Assembly (NCBI RefSeq): GCF_963921235.1
Contig: NC_086097.1
Span: 45,944,001 to 46,008,000, forward strand
Direction: 5' to 3'
Length of the DNA: 64,000 nt
DNA from: Mobula hypostoma
Lineage: Eukaryota
Below the pieces are notes generated by a model. That model searched no databases and was not told where the DNA came from. It worked only from the letters and a program-made list of their open reading frames with translations. Below, one piece after another: positions 40,185 through 50,950 of the stretch (positions are counted from its first letter, which is position 1; every line of letters begins with the position of its first letter). Made by a program: the position numbers and the translations under genes.

Positions 40185-41105
40185 TTAAAATCAGATTCCA
40201 AATGATGTTTATTATCAATGGCTTATGGTGTGAAATTTCTCGTTTTGTGGCAGAAGTACAGCACAAGAAAAAAATTACAATAAATGAGATGTTGACTCCC
40301 GGGAACTTGAATCTCTGACGCTGTCCACCACTGACCATTCAATGAGGACTGACGTGTGCTCTCTTGACTTTTCCTTCCTGAATGCTACAATCCTTTTCTT
40401 GGTCTTACTGATGTTGAGTGCAAGGCGGTTGTTGCGACACCATTCAACTAGCCAGTATTTCTCGCTCCCGTATGCCTTCTTATTTAGGATTCAGCCAACA
40501 ACAGTGGTGTCATCAGCAAATTTATAGATGGTGTTTGAACTATTCCTAGCCACATAGTCATGAGGGTAGAGGCAGTAGAGCAGCAGGCTGAGCATACATC
40601 CCTGAGGTGTAGTTGTGTTGTGTGTAAGTGAGGAGGAGGTGCTATTACTGATCCGCATCCTGACTGTGGTCTCCTGATAAGGAACTCGAGAATACAGTGC
40701 AAAGGGAGGTACAGAGCCCATGGTTTTGAAGTTTGTTTATTAGTACTGAATGCTGAGCTGTAATTTATGAACATCAGCCTGTCAGAGTTTTGCTGTTGTC
40801 CACATGTTACAAAGCAGAGTGGAAAGGCAGTGAAATTACTCACACCGTAGAACTGACATGGTGACAGGCAAGTTGCTGTGGGTCCGCTTCCATGATCAGA
40901 AAGGAATTAATTCTAGCCATGACCAACCTCTGTTAGAACTTCCATCACTGTAGATGCGATGCCACTGGGCAATAGTTTTTGAGGCAGCTCACCCCGCTCT
41001 CCTTGGGCACCGGTATCATTGATGCTGTGGGAACCTCCAATTGTTGCAGTGACAGGTTGAAGATGTCCTTGAATACTCCAGCCAGTTGGTACAGATCTTC
41101 AGTAT
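40185..41105 (-). mobile_element. Rex1-like LINE relic nested in CR1
   Basis: PQGCMLSLLLYCLYPHDYVA..IYKFADDTTVVG and MFINYSSAFST. Confidence 0.8.
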
Positions 41106-41509
41106 CACTTATTCAAATTAAATTCTATTTGGCATTCACCAGTCAATTAATCACCTGGCCAAGATCACCCTGTAATTTTTGATTACCTTCTTCATTGTCA
41201 CCCATCTATTTTAATGTCTTCTGTAAACTTCCTAACCATACTAATTGTACATTCTTATCTAAATCATTGACATAGATGACAAACAATAATGGGCCCAGCA
41301 GCAAACTCTCTTACACACCACAAGTCACTGGCCAATAGTCGAAGAAACAATCTTCGACCATCATCCTCTGCTTTCTACCATTACACAAAATCCGTATCCA
41401 ATGAGTCAGCTCTCCCTGTATTCAATGTGATCTAACCTTCCAGGCAGCCTACTATGTGGAAGCTAATCAAAGGCCTCACTGAAGTCCATTAAATCATATC
41501 TACATCCTC

Positions 41510-42562
41510 CCACTGTCTCCAAACTCGGGGGTAGCCATGGTCACTTGCATGGGCCCCAGCTATGCCTGCCTCTTCTTTGGCTACGTAGAATAGTCCATGT
41601 TCAAAGTTTTCCCCAGTTATATTCCCCAACTCTTCCTCCGCTACATTGATGATCACATTGGTGCTGATTTATACACCTACGCTGAGCTTGTCAATTTTAT
41701 CAACTTTACCTCTAACTTCCACCCTGCCCTTAAATTCACATGGTCCAACTCTAACACTTCTCCCTCTCCTTCCTTGTTCTCTGTCCCCATCTTTAGAGAC
41801 AAATAATCAACTGACATCTTTTATAACCCTACTGATACCCTGGTTATCTTGACTATACTTCTTCCCACCCTATCTTCTGTAAAAACACTATTCCCTTTTT
41901 TCAGTTTCTTCACCTTCACTGCATCTGTTCCGAGGATGTGGCTTTCCATTCCAGGACATTAGAGAAATCCTCCTCCTATAAAGAATGGGGTTTCCCTGCC
42001 CTGCATCTCCTCCATTTCCCATAATGTATATCCGCTCATCCCATCTTCCTGCCTCATTCCCATTCCAATGTGTCGGTCCGTGGCCTGCTCTTGTGCTAAG
42101 ATGAGGCCCCCTCAGGGTAGAGGAGCAACACCTATTTCTGTCTGTCTACCCTCCAATCAGATAGCATGAATATTGATTTCTTCTTCCTTTAAACAAGATC
42201 CCCCCTTCCTTTATTCCCCATTTTGACCTTTTATGTACTTCCTCTTGCCTGCCTAGAACTTCCCCCGGGTCCCTTCCTTTTCTCCAAAGGTCCACTCTTC
42301 TCTCCAATCATTCCTCTCCAACTCTTGACCTTGTCCACCCACATGGCTTCACCTATCACTTTCCAGCGAGCCTCCTTTCCTTCACTCTACCTTGTTGTCC
42401 TGGCATCTCCCCTTTCCTTCTCTGTCTTAAAGGAGGGTTTTGGCCCAAAACGTCAACTGTTTATTAATTTCCATAGATGCTGCCTGACTTGCAGAGTTCC
42501 TCCAGCATTTTGTGTGTGTGTTGCTTTGGATTTCGGGCATCTGCAGACTTTCTCATGTTTAT
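41510..42562 (+). mobile_element. PLE with RT core remnant, internal deletion, ORF end, UTR and decayed hammerhead (42421-42460)
   Basis: GVAMVTCMGPSYACLFFGYVE and LFLRYIDDHIG (PLE-type RT motifs), FHPALKFTWS, TDIFY, YLDYTSSHP, IPFFQF; then RVEEQHL..LQSDSMNIDF and the shared tail. Confidence 0.85.
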
Positions 42563-43240
42563 GATCTACTGCCCTACCCTCATGAACTTTCATAATCAGT
42601 TCATCAAAAAACTTACTCGTTTGTCCGTGGCTAACAATGATGTAAATATCTCAGCCAGGTCTCCCACAATTTCTTCTCTACCCTCCCACAGTGTTCTTGG
42701 ATAAAGCTGGACAGTCCCTGAAGATTTATTTACCTTTATACCTTTTGCATCCTCTTCTGTTATGTAGAGTATTCCCAAGATAATTCCACCCACTTTTATT
42801 AGTTACGAAGTCTTCATTTCTTTTCACAGTAAAAAGAGAAGAAATATTTATTAAGGATCTTGCTCATATCCTACAACTCCATACAAGGTTGTCCCTTTGA
42901 GGGACCCTATTCTCTCTCTGGTTACTCTTTTACCCTAATATCCTTAAATCTCTTTGGATTTTCCTTGCTCTTCTCTGCCAAAGTTATCTCATGGCTGAAT
43001 TTCCCCTTCCCCACTTCCTTCTTGAGTGTACTTCTGCACCCCTATAATCAAAGTCCAAAATGTTCAAAGTAAATTTATTAACAAAGTACATATACAACAC
43101 CATACACAACACTGCGATTCAATTTCTTGTGGGCATTCTCAGTAAACGTAAGAAACACAATAGAATCAAAGAAAGACAGCCCCCAACAGGATGGACAATC
43201 AATGTGTAAAAGATAACAAACAAAATGAAAAACAAACAAA

Positions 43241-43378
43241 CAGATCCTGCTGAAGGGTCTCAGCTCGAAACGTCGACCATCCTCCTTTCCATAGATGCTG
43301 CCTGGCCTGCTGAGTTCCTCCAGCATTTTGTGTGTTTTACTTGGATTTTCAGCACCGGCAGATTTTCTTGTTTGTGAC
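43241..43378 (+). mobile_element. Short PLE terminus starting at the hammerhead motif (variant CUGCUGA)
   Basis: gatc-CTGCTGA-AGGGTCTCAGCTC-GAAAC-GTC-GACC followed by the conserved tail. Confidence 0.75.
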
Positions 43379-43539
43379 AAAATAATAAATACTTCTTTGG
43401 GGATTAGCTGCCTGCACCTGAGTCATGCCTCCTGTTTCTTGGCCAGGGCACCAATAACCCTTGCCATCCAGGGTTCCCTACTCCCACCAGTCTTGTGCTT
43501 CATGCTAACAGGAACATGCAGAGTCCCACCCTCAAACCT

Positions 43540-43780
43540 ATCACACACAGAGTGGTGAATCTGTGGAATTCTCTGCCACAGGAAACAGTTGAGGCCAGTT
43601 CATTGGCTATATTTAAGAGGGAGTTAGATATGGCCCTTGTGGCTAAAGGGATCAGGGGTGTGGAGAGAAAGCAGATACAGGGTTCTGAGTTGGATGATCA
43701 GCCATGATCATACTGAATGGTGGTGCAGGCTCGAAGGGCCGAATGGCCTACTCCTGCACCTATTTTCTACGTTTCTATAG
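43540..43780 (+). mobile_element. CR1 3' end
   Basis: RVVNLWNSLPQETVEASSLAIFKRELD plus tail gaagggccgaatggcctactcctgcacctatt. Confidence 0.85.
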
Positions 43781-43866
43781 CTCTTCCTGCATTCACTATT
43801 CCCCACTGAAAAGCAAAGGCATTTCTGGTGCCATTGAACAGTCTACTGCTGCCTTCTCATGAGCAG

Positions 43867-44090
43867 TCCATCCTCCCCCGTTTCCCCCCATCCTCCCCCG
43901 TTTCCCCCCATCCTCCCCCGTTTCCCCCCATCCTCCCCCGTTTCCCCATCCTCCCCCGTTTCCCCCATCCTCCCCGTCTCCCCACATCCTCCCCGACACC
44001 CCACCATCCTTCCCCGTCACCCACCATCCTCCCCCGTCACCCACCATCCTCCCCCCGTTTCCCCCCATCCTCCCCAGTCACCATCCCCCA
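43867..44090. repeat. C-rich minisatellite, ~18-20 bp unit (TCCTCCCCCGTTTCCCCCCA), degenerating 3'
   Basis: About 11 tandem units visible by eye. Confidence 0.92.
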
Positions 44091-44788
44091 TACATTTCCA
44101 AAACAATATACTGAGTTTCGAGGGGAATAGCCACAAGGTAATCTTGCACTGTTTGCTTCCTCCCCTTTTTCTTTCCTATTGGTCACCAGCCATTTGCTGC
44201 CGTACCTTTGATGTGACTACCTTGCTAAAGTGCTGAGTGATATAGTCGTCTAATCTACGCTTAGTGACCATGTAGAAGAGACCATACTGTAAGCACTAAA
44301 TGCAATAGTTTATGTTGGAGGAGGTGCAAGTGAATCTTTGCCTCATCTAGGCCCTTTAGTATTAGACCAACAATTCTTAGATACAGTAGGATAGATAAAG
44401 TATTTGTCTATGTTCCTCAGAATCTTAATAACTTCAAGGAGACGACTTTATTAACTTCAATCTTTTAGGATATATTCCAGTGAGAATAATTCTAGTCTTT
44501 CCTTCTAAATAAAGCTTTCCTGGTGATTCTCTTCTGCACTCTTTCTAAAGCTGCCACACCCTTCCTGTAGTGTGGTGACTAGCAACATTCTATTTTAAGG
44601 TTTATTTTTGACTTATTTTTAATTTTGTCCCCTCAATTCTTCTTTTGCTCATCTTCCTCCACTTTTATTTTACCTCATATTTGTTTTGTCTATTTTTTTT
44701 CTATGTTTTTGCACCACATGGGAACATGTGAGGTCATGCACTTCAGTAAGGGGACAAGAGAAATCAAAAGGCATATTATCCTCTAAAT

Positions 44789-45203
44789 CAGGGGTTCCCA
44801 GCCTTTTAAATGCCATGGACCACTACCATCTGACAAAGTTATTTCCCATGGTAGGGGAGTCTAGGACAAGAGGGCATGACTTCAGCATTGAAGGACATCC
44901 ATTTAGAACAGAGATGCGGAGCAATTACTTTAGTCAGAGGGTGGTAAATCTGTAGAATTAGTTGCCACGAGCGCTGTGGGGGCCAAGTCATTGGGTGCAT
45001 TTAAGGCAGAGACAGATAGGTTCTTGATTAGCCAGGGCATCAAAGGGTATGGGGAGAAGTCAGGGGAGTTGGGATGACTGGAAGAATTGGATCAGCCCAT
45101 GATTGAATGGTGGAGCAGACTCGACGGGCCAAATGGCCTACTTCTGCTCCTATATCTTATGGCATAATGGTCTTATTTACCAGGGGATCTGTGGGAATGC
45201 CTG
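44789..45203. mobile_element. hAT/Charlie-type MITE split by a CR1 3' end (44831-45175)
   Basis: Termini CAGGGGTTCCCA ... TGGGAATGCCTG; 8-bp TSD CTCTAAAT (44781-44788) / CTTTAAAT (45204-45211). Confidence 0.7.
44831..45175 (+). mobile_element. CR1 3' end
   Basis: KLFPMVGESRTRGHDFSIEGHPFRTEMRSNYFSQRVVNL and tail cttctgctcctatatcttatgg. Confidence 0.85.
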
Positions 45204-45649
45204 CTTTAAATGGAGAAAGGGTGCGAATGAGTGAAGTTCATAGGGATTTGGATGTTTTGGTGCATGAATAATTAAAAGTTAGCATGCAGAGCCAGCAAGT
45301 AGTTAAGTAGGCAAATAGCATGTTGGCCTTTATTACAAAGGGGTTGGAATTTAAGAATAGGAAGGCTTAATGACAGTTATACATGGCGTTGGAAAATGCC
45401 ATACCTGGAATATTATCACAGTTTTGGCCCCCTTACCGAAAAAGTCATGTAGCACTTGGGACAATCGAGAGGAGGCTCATAAGGCTAATTCCCAGTATAA
45501 AAGGGTTGTTCTATCACGAAAATATAAACAGTTTGCACCTGTATTCTTTGGAGTTTAGAAAAATGAGAGGTGACCTTAATCAAACACACACTAAGGCGGC
45601 GTGACAGTGTAGATGTTGAAAAGTTTTCACTAGTAGGAGAGTAACAAAG

Positions 45650-47830
45650 AAGGTTCTTAACTGGAAGAAGGCCAAATTTGAAGAAATGAGAAAGGATCTA
45701 AAAAGCGTGGATTGGGACAGGTTGTTCTCTGGCATGGATGTGATCGGTAGGTGGGAAGCCTTCAAAGCAGAAATTTTGAGAGTGCAGAATTTGTATGTTC
45801 CTGTCAGGATTAAAGGCAAGGTGAATAGGAATAAGGAACCTTGGTTCTCGAGGGATATTGCAACTCTGATAAAGAAGAAGAGGGAGTTGTATGACGTGTA
45901 TAGGAAGCAGGGAGTAAATAAGGTGCTTGAGGAGTATAAGAAGTGCAAGAAAATACTTAAGAAAGAAATCAGGACATGAGGTTGCCTTGGTAGTCAAAGT
46001 GAAGGATAATCCAAAGAGCTTTTACAGGTATATTAAGAGCAAAAGGATTGTAAGGGATAAAATTGGTCCTCTTGAAGATCAGAGTGGTCGGCTATGTGCG
46101 GAACCAAAGGAAATGGGGGAGATCTTAAATAGGTTTTTTGCGTCTGTGTTTACTAAGGAAACTGGCATGAAGTCTATGGAATTAAGGGAAACAAGTAGTG
46201 AGATCATGGAAATTGTACAGATCGAAAAGGAGGAGGTCCTTGCTGTCTTGAGGAAAATTAAAGTGGATAAATCCCCGGGACCTGACAGGGTGTTCCCTCG
46301 GACCTTGAAGGAGACTAGTGTTGAAATTGCAGGGCTGAAATATTTAAAATGTCACTGTCTACAGGTGAGGTACCGGAGGATTGGAGAGTGGCTCATGTTG
46401 TTCCGTTGTTTGAAAAAGGATCGAAAAGTAATCCGGGAAATTATAGGCCAGTAAATTTAACGTCGGTAGTAGGTAAGTTATTGGAGGGAGTACTAAGAGA
46501 CAGAATCTACAAGCATTTGGATAGACTGGGACTTATTAGGGAGAGTCAACGTGGCTTTGTGCGTGGTAGGTCAAGTTTGACCAATCTGCTGGAGTTTTTC
46601 GAGGAGGTTACCAGGAAAGTGGATGAAGGGAAGGCAGTGGATATTGTCTACATGGACTTCAGTAAAGCCTTTGACAAGGTCCCGCATGGGAGATTAGTTA
46701 GGAAAATTCAATCGCTAGGTATACGTGGAGAGGTGGTAAATTGGTTAGACATTGGCTCGATGGAAGAAGCCAGAGAGTGGTGGTAGAGAATTGCTTCTCT
46801 GAGTGGAGGCCTGTGACTAGTGGTATGCCACAGGGATCAGTGCTGGGTCCATTGTTATTTGTCATCTATATCAATTATCTGGATGATAATGTGGTAAATT
46901 GGATCAGCAAGTTTGCTGATGATACAAAGATTGGAGGTGTAGTAGATAGTGAGGAAGGTTTTCAGAGCCTGCAGAGGGACTTGGACCAGCTGGAAAAATG
47001 GGCTAAAAAATGGCAGATGGAGTCTAATACTGACAAGTGTGAGGTATTGCACGTTGGAAGGACAAACCAACGTAGAACATACAGGGTTAATGGTAAGGCA
47101 CTGAGGAGTGCAGTGGAACAGAGGGATCTGGGAATACAGACACAAAATTCCCTAAAAGTGGTGTCACAGGTAGATAGGGTCATAAAGAGAGCTTTTGGTA
47201 CATTGGCCTTTATTAATCAAAGTATTGAGTATAAGAGCTGGAATGTTATGATGAGGTTGTATAAGGCATTGGTGAGGCTGAATCTGGAGTATTGTGTTCA
47301 GTTTTGGTCACCAAATTACAGGAAGGATATAAATAAGGTTGAAAGAGTGCAGAGAAGGTTTACAACGATGTTCCCGAGACTTGAGAAACTCAGTTACAGA
47401 GGAAGGTTGAATAGGTTGGGACTTTATTCCCTGGAGCGTAGAAGAATGAGGGGAGATTTGATAGAGGTATATAAAATTATGATGGGTATAGATAGAGTGA
47501 ATGCAAATAGGCTTTTTCCACTGAGGCAAGGGGAGAGAAAAACCAGAGGACATGGGTTTAGGGTGAGGGGGGAAAAGTTTAAAGGGAACATTAGGGGCGG
47601 CTTCTTCACACAGAGAGTGGTGGGAGTATGGAATGAGCTGCCAGACAAGGTGGTAAATGCGGGTTCTTTTTTTAACATTTAAGAATAAATTGGATAGATA
47701 CATGGATGGGAGGTGTATGGAGGGATATGGTCTGTATGCAGGTTAGTGGGACTAGGCAGAAAATGGTTCGGCACAGCCAAGAAGGGCCAAAAGGCCTGTT
47801 TCTGTGCTGTGGTTTCTATGGTTTCTATGG
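45650..47830 (+). mobile_element. Relatively young 5'-truncated CR1 LINE (ORF2 tether and RT, few frameshifts)
   Basis: Overlapping ORFs 45686-47682: KSPGPD, EDWRVAHVVPLF, YMDFSKAFDKVPH, PQGSVLGPLLF, KFADDTKIGG, TRGHG; tail of tandem GGTTTCTAT repeats. Confidence 0.95.
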
Positions 47831-47837
47831 AAAGGAA

Positions 47838-48230
47838 CACGCTTGGTGGCAACTTTATTAGTATTTCCTCTACCAAACAAAGTGGTCACTGAGTGGATGC
47901 TTTTCTGTTGCGGTAGCCCATCCACTTTAAGGTTCGCCAGGTTATGCGTTAGGAGATGCTCTTCTGCACACCACTGTTGTAATGCGTTAAGACAGTAACT
48001 CAAGTAACTAACAAGAGAAAATCTGCAGATGCTGGAAATCCAAGCAACATACACAAAATACTGGAGGAACTCAGCAGGCCAGGTAGCAACTGGGTCCTGC
48101 CAAAGGGTCTCAGCCTGAAACATTGACTGTACTCTTTCCCATAGAGTACAGTCTGGCCTGCTGAGTTCCATCAGAGTTTATGTGAGTAACTCAAATAACT
48201 GTTGCCTTCCTGATAGCATATATCAGCTAT
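47838..48230. mobile_element. Tc1-like non-autonomous element fragment containing a PLE-derived palindromic insert (~48009-48186)
   Basis: Starts acacgcttggtggcaactttattag (reverse of the terminus at ~30500); GTAACTCAA flanks the insert on both sides (~47995 and ~48186). Confidence 0.55.
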
Positions 48231-49649
48231 TGTTGAATGAAATCTTGAAGCAGGCTTGAAGAGCCAGGTACCCTCCTCTGGTTTCTAGCATTGTTGGGCA
48301 TTTCTGCAGAGACTGATTGTAAAGGACAGCCTGTTAGCATCTGCTTCCTGTGGTAGTTTGCCCAAATAGTCATTATGTGCAAGCACCAAGCAAGCAAATA
48401 AGTTTATTGATAGCAGTGGATAGATGTTGCAACCAGGCCCTTTCTGTACTTGGATACTGACACGTGTTGTAATTTAGAGTAAAGATTCTCCTAACTGCAA
48501 ATCTCACCCTTCCCCATTCCACTGGACACTTTCTGAATCCCCTAGCGTCAGTTTAGTTTTGTACACTATCTGCAATTAGCACAAGAATTTACATTTATAT
48601 ATCAATTGCAATGCAGAAAATATGTTCCAAGCTTTTTGGGAAGTGTACGAGGAGGAATAATTCAAAGCAGGCTTAAGGAGACAAAAATTTTGGCAGGACT
48701 TAAAATAGAGAGGGAGGTGAAGAGCTCGTAGGCTTAAGCAAGAATTTCAGAGTATGCTGATATGGCATTGTTCCCAATTGTGCCCGAAGGAAGCGACTTT
48801 CACAAAAGGTCACCAGTGAAGAAGCAACATTTATCAAGGGTGGAAGTTGCAAAAGGATGGAGAGAGATGGAATGCAGTGATAGTACACTGGTGTGATAGA
48901 TAGGGAAGGGATGATTTATAAAAACACCAGTAAGAACACTGTGTGAAGGTGAAGAGGTTGGGGACTTGTAATGACGTGGCATTATCAACTTATCCCTTGC
49001 TGAAAACCATCCATACCAGTCTAATGTAGAACATTCTTGAATGTTCCAATGCCTTCATCTGATTACTTTGCCTGGATCAGAGTCTGAAGATTAAAGATTA
49101 AAGGGGAGTTGCTGTAAACGCAAGCAAGTAAGTGGCAATAATAATAATAATAATAACAACAGGTATAACGATGTCCTGAAGCTACTTGACCTTTCTTCAG
49201 TTGTATTGAAAGTAAGTCAACCAGACATGTTAACTCTGTTTCTGACTACACGCATACTGCCTTAACTTGAATACTTCCAGCAACTGCAGTATTTTGCACT
49301 TGGGCAGTTTAAATTCTAGTTCTCACGCTGAACAAACTCTAATGATGTCACCGTATTTTTATTTGGAATGAAAAATGGAGCTCCTTATTCTAATTTGAGG
49401 GAGGCTCGTTTTGAGTTAGTGTAGTCAAATAGCATCCCAATGGTGGCATTTGCACGATTTAATTGGCCTGATGTCGTCACACAATGCAAACCAACTCAAT
49501 TCCAGTGAAGTCGCCCCATCAGTACAAATTGCTTTTTGAATTGCTTGACATGATGTCAGCACCAGTGTGTTTTTTTTCCCTTTTTAACAGCCCACGATTT
49601 CTCAATTTAACTGGAGCAGCATTAATCAAATGTTAAATACTTTAAGGCC

Positions 49650-50950
49650 ATATTTGGCAATTACGATGCGTCTCCCCACACAATAGTATCAATGTCTAAC
49701 AGGCAGAAGCAATGGGGCCGTCCACGTAAACGCCACATTCTGTAGCGTTTCTATCTCTTTAAAGCACATCGCAGGCTGATCAAAGAGCTGTTGATCACTG
49801 TACGCTGGGTGTAATATTGTTTATAGAGTAGGGGATTTCCACAGCCAGAGGAAGTGATATTGACTTAAGGGGCTTTCCAGCCAGAACAGTCAGTCATCGC
49901 AGCGAGTGGATCGGCGTTAACACCAGCGGCAGAAAAATGGGGAATTTTAACATTGTGTAATTGGCCCTTTTTTTTTGTACAAGACTTTCAAAATGGCAGC
50001 AATGAATCAGAGGTACTTTTCGCTGATATTTTTACCAGAAGAAGCAGTTTTCCGGTTGGCTTCCCCGCAAGATTGACACTTTCGGCTCCGGGAGTGAAGG
50101 CTGCAAGGGGGCAAGGACTATAGGGGCCGGCCCAGACCACGCTCGGATGAAGAGCACCATTCGGGGTCAGTAACTCACCCGGGGAAGCAGGAGTGGGGAG
50201 GGAGGTGGGGGGGTGGTGAAAGGCGAAGGGGATGATACAAACCAGACCTTACCGTTGTGTCCGAGCCCCTCCAGCCTTTTCAGATAGGCATTCGTGCTAG
50301 GAGGCTCCTGGGTCCTGCAGTTCGGGGAGGCGGACTCGCAGCCTCCCTGTATGTAATTCAAAAAAGAGCTCTCGTCCATATCGTGGTGCTGTCGCCGGGA
50401 CTCCTGCTCTGAACCGGTCAGGCGTTCCACGCTCGTTTCATTCACGGGGCCGGCCCTACTGGGACGTTTGAAGACTCAGTTCGACTTAGTTGCAGGAATA
50501 TAACCCCCCCAGGTGGACTACATACGGAGATTTTTCAGGAGCTCAGTTGTAGTAGCTGTGCCACTCCTCCCAGAACAAGGGTATTAATGCTGTTGGGTCT
50601 AAGGATTTAAACCCTTGAAAGCTCCGTGACCGAGTGGTGAATGAAGGTGGCTCAACTTTTCGTGTAGAGGTGGTAGGGAGCAGGGAAGCTGAATTGGTGC
50701 CGAGGATATTCTGGATATTTTTTTTTGCTGCTGTTGCCATGTCTGCTCCTGTTGCCATTCTGTGAGGTGGCTGCGAGCGGTTTGTTTAAAAAAAAATTGT
50801 TCATTGTGCTTGCAATCGTGTCAAAGGCTTCCCCCCCTCCCCCCGCTATCAGGGGCCTTGATACTCTTATCAGGGGAATGATGCCGAACATCAGACCTTT
50901 GCACATGTTTGAGTTTGCGAACTATTTAATTAGCGGGATGTAAATGTGTG
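49650..50950 (+). promoter_or_regulatory. CpG-rich promoter / first-exon region with NF-kB-type sites; candidate 5' end of the next gene (TRAF3 by synteny)
   Basis: CpG density visibly raised in non-repeat DNA; GGGGATTTCC (49831-49840), GAGGAAGT ETS-type core (49848-49855), GGGGCTTTCC (49869-49878); possible donor GG|GTCAGT at 50166. Gene identity is inferred from vertebrate RCOR1-TRAF3 order only. Confidence 0.6.

Larger units (their letters stand above)
38995..43520 (-). mobile_element. Old CR1 LINE acting as host for at least five nested insertions
   Basis: ORF 39782-40201 (HEVLHFGK..RPHLEYCAQFC..RKDIIKLE); CR1 sequence resumes at ~41110-41500 and ~42640-43520 (NKSSG..YPRTLWEGREEIVG). Confidence 0.75.

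Noticed and set aside
43796..44236. Pro-rich and Gly-rich ORFs
   Set aside because: Translations of the minisatellite.
45686..47682. Active autonomous CR1
   Set aside because: 5'-truncated with no ORF1 or endonuclease, and split across four frames.
50167..50943. Short ORFs in the CpG-rich region as TRAF3 or other coding exons
   Set aside because: No recognisable RING, zinc-finger or TRAF motifs; expected by chance in GC-rich DNA.
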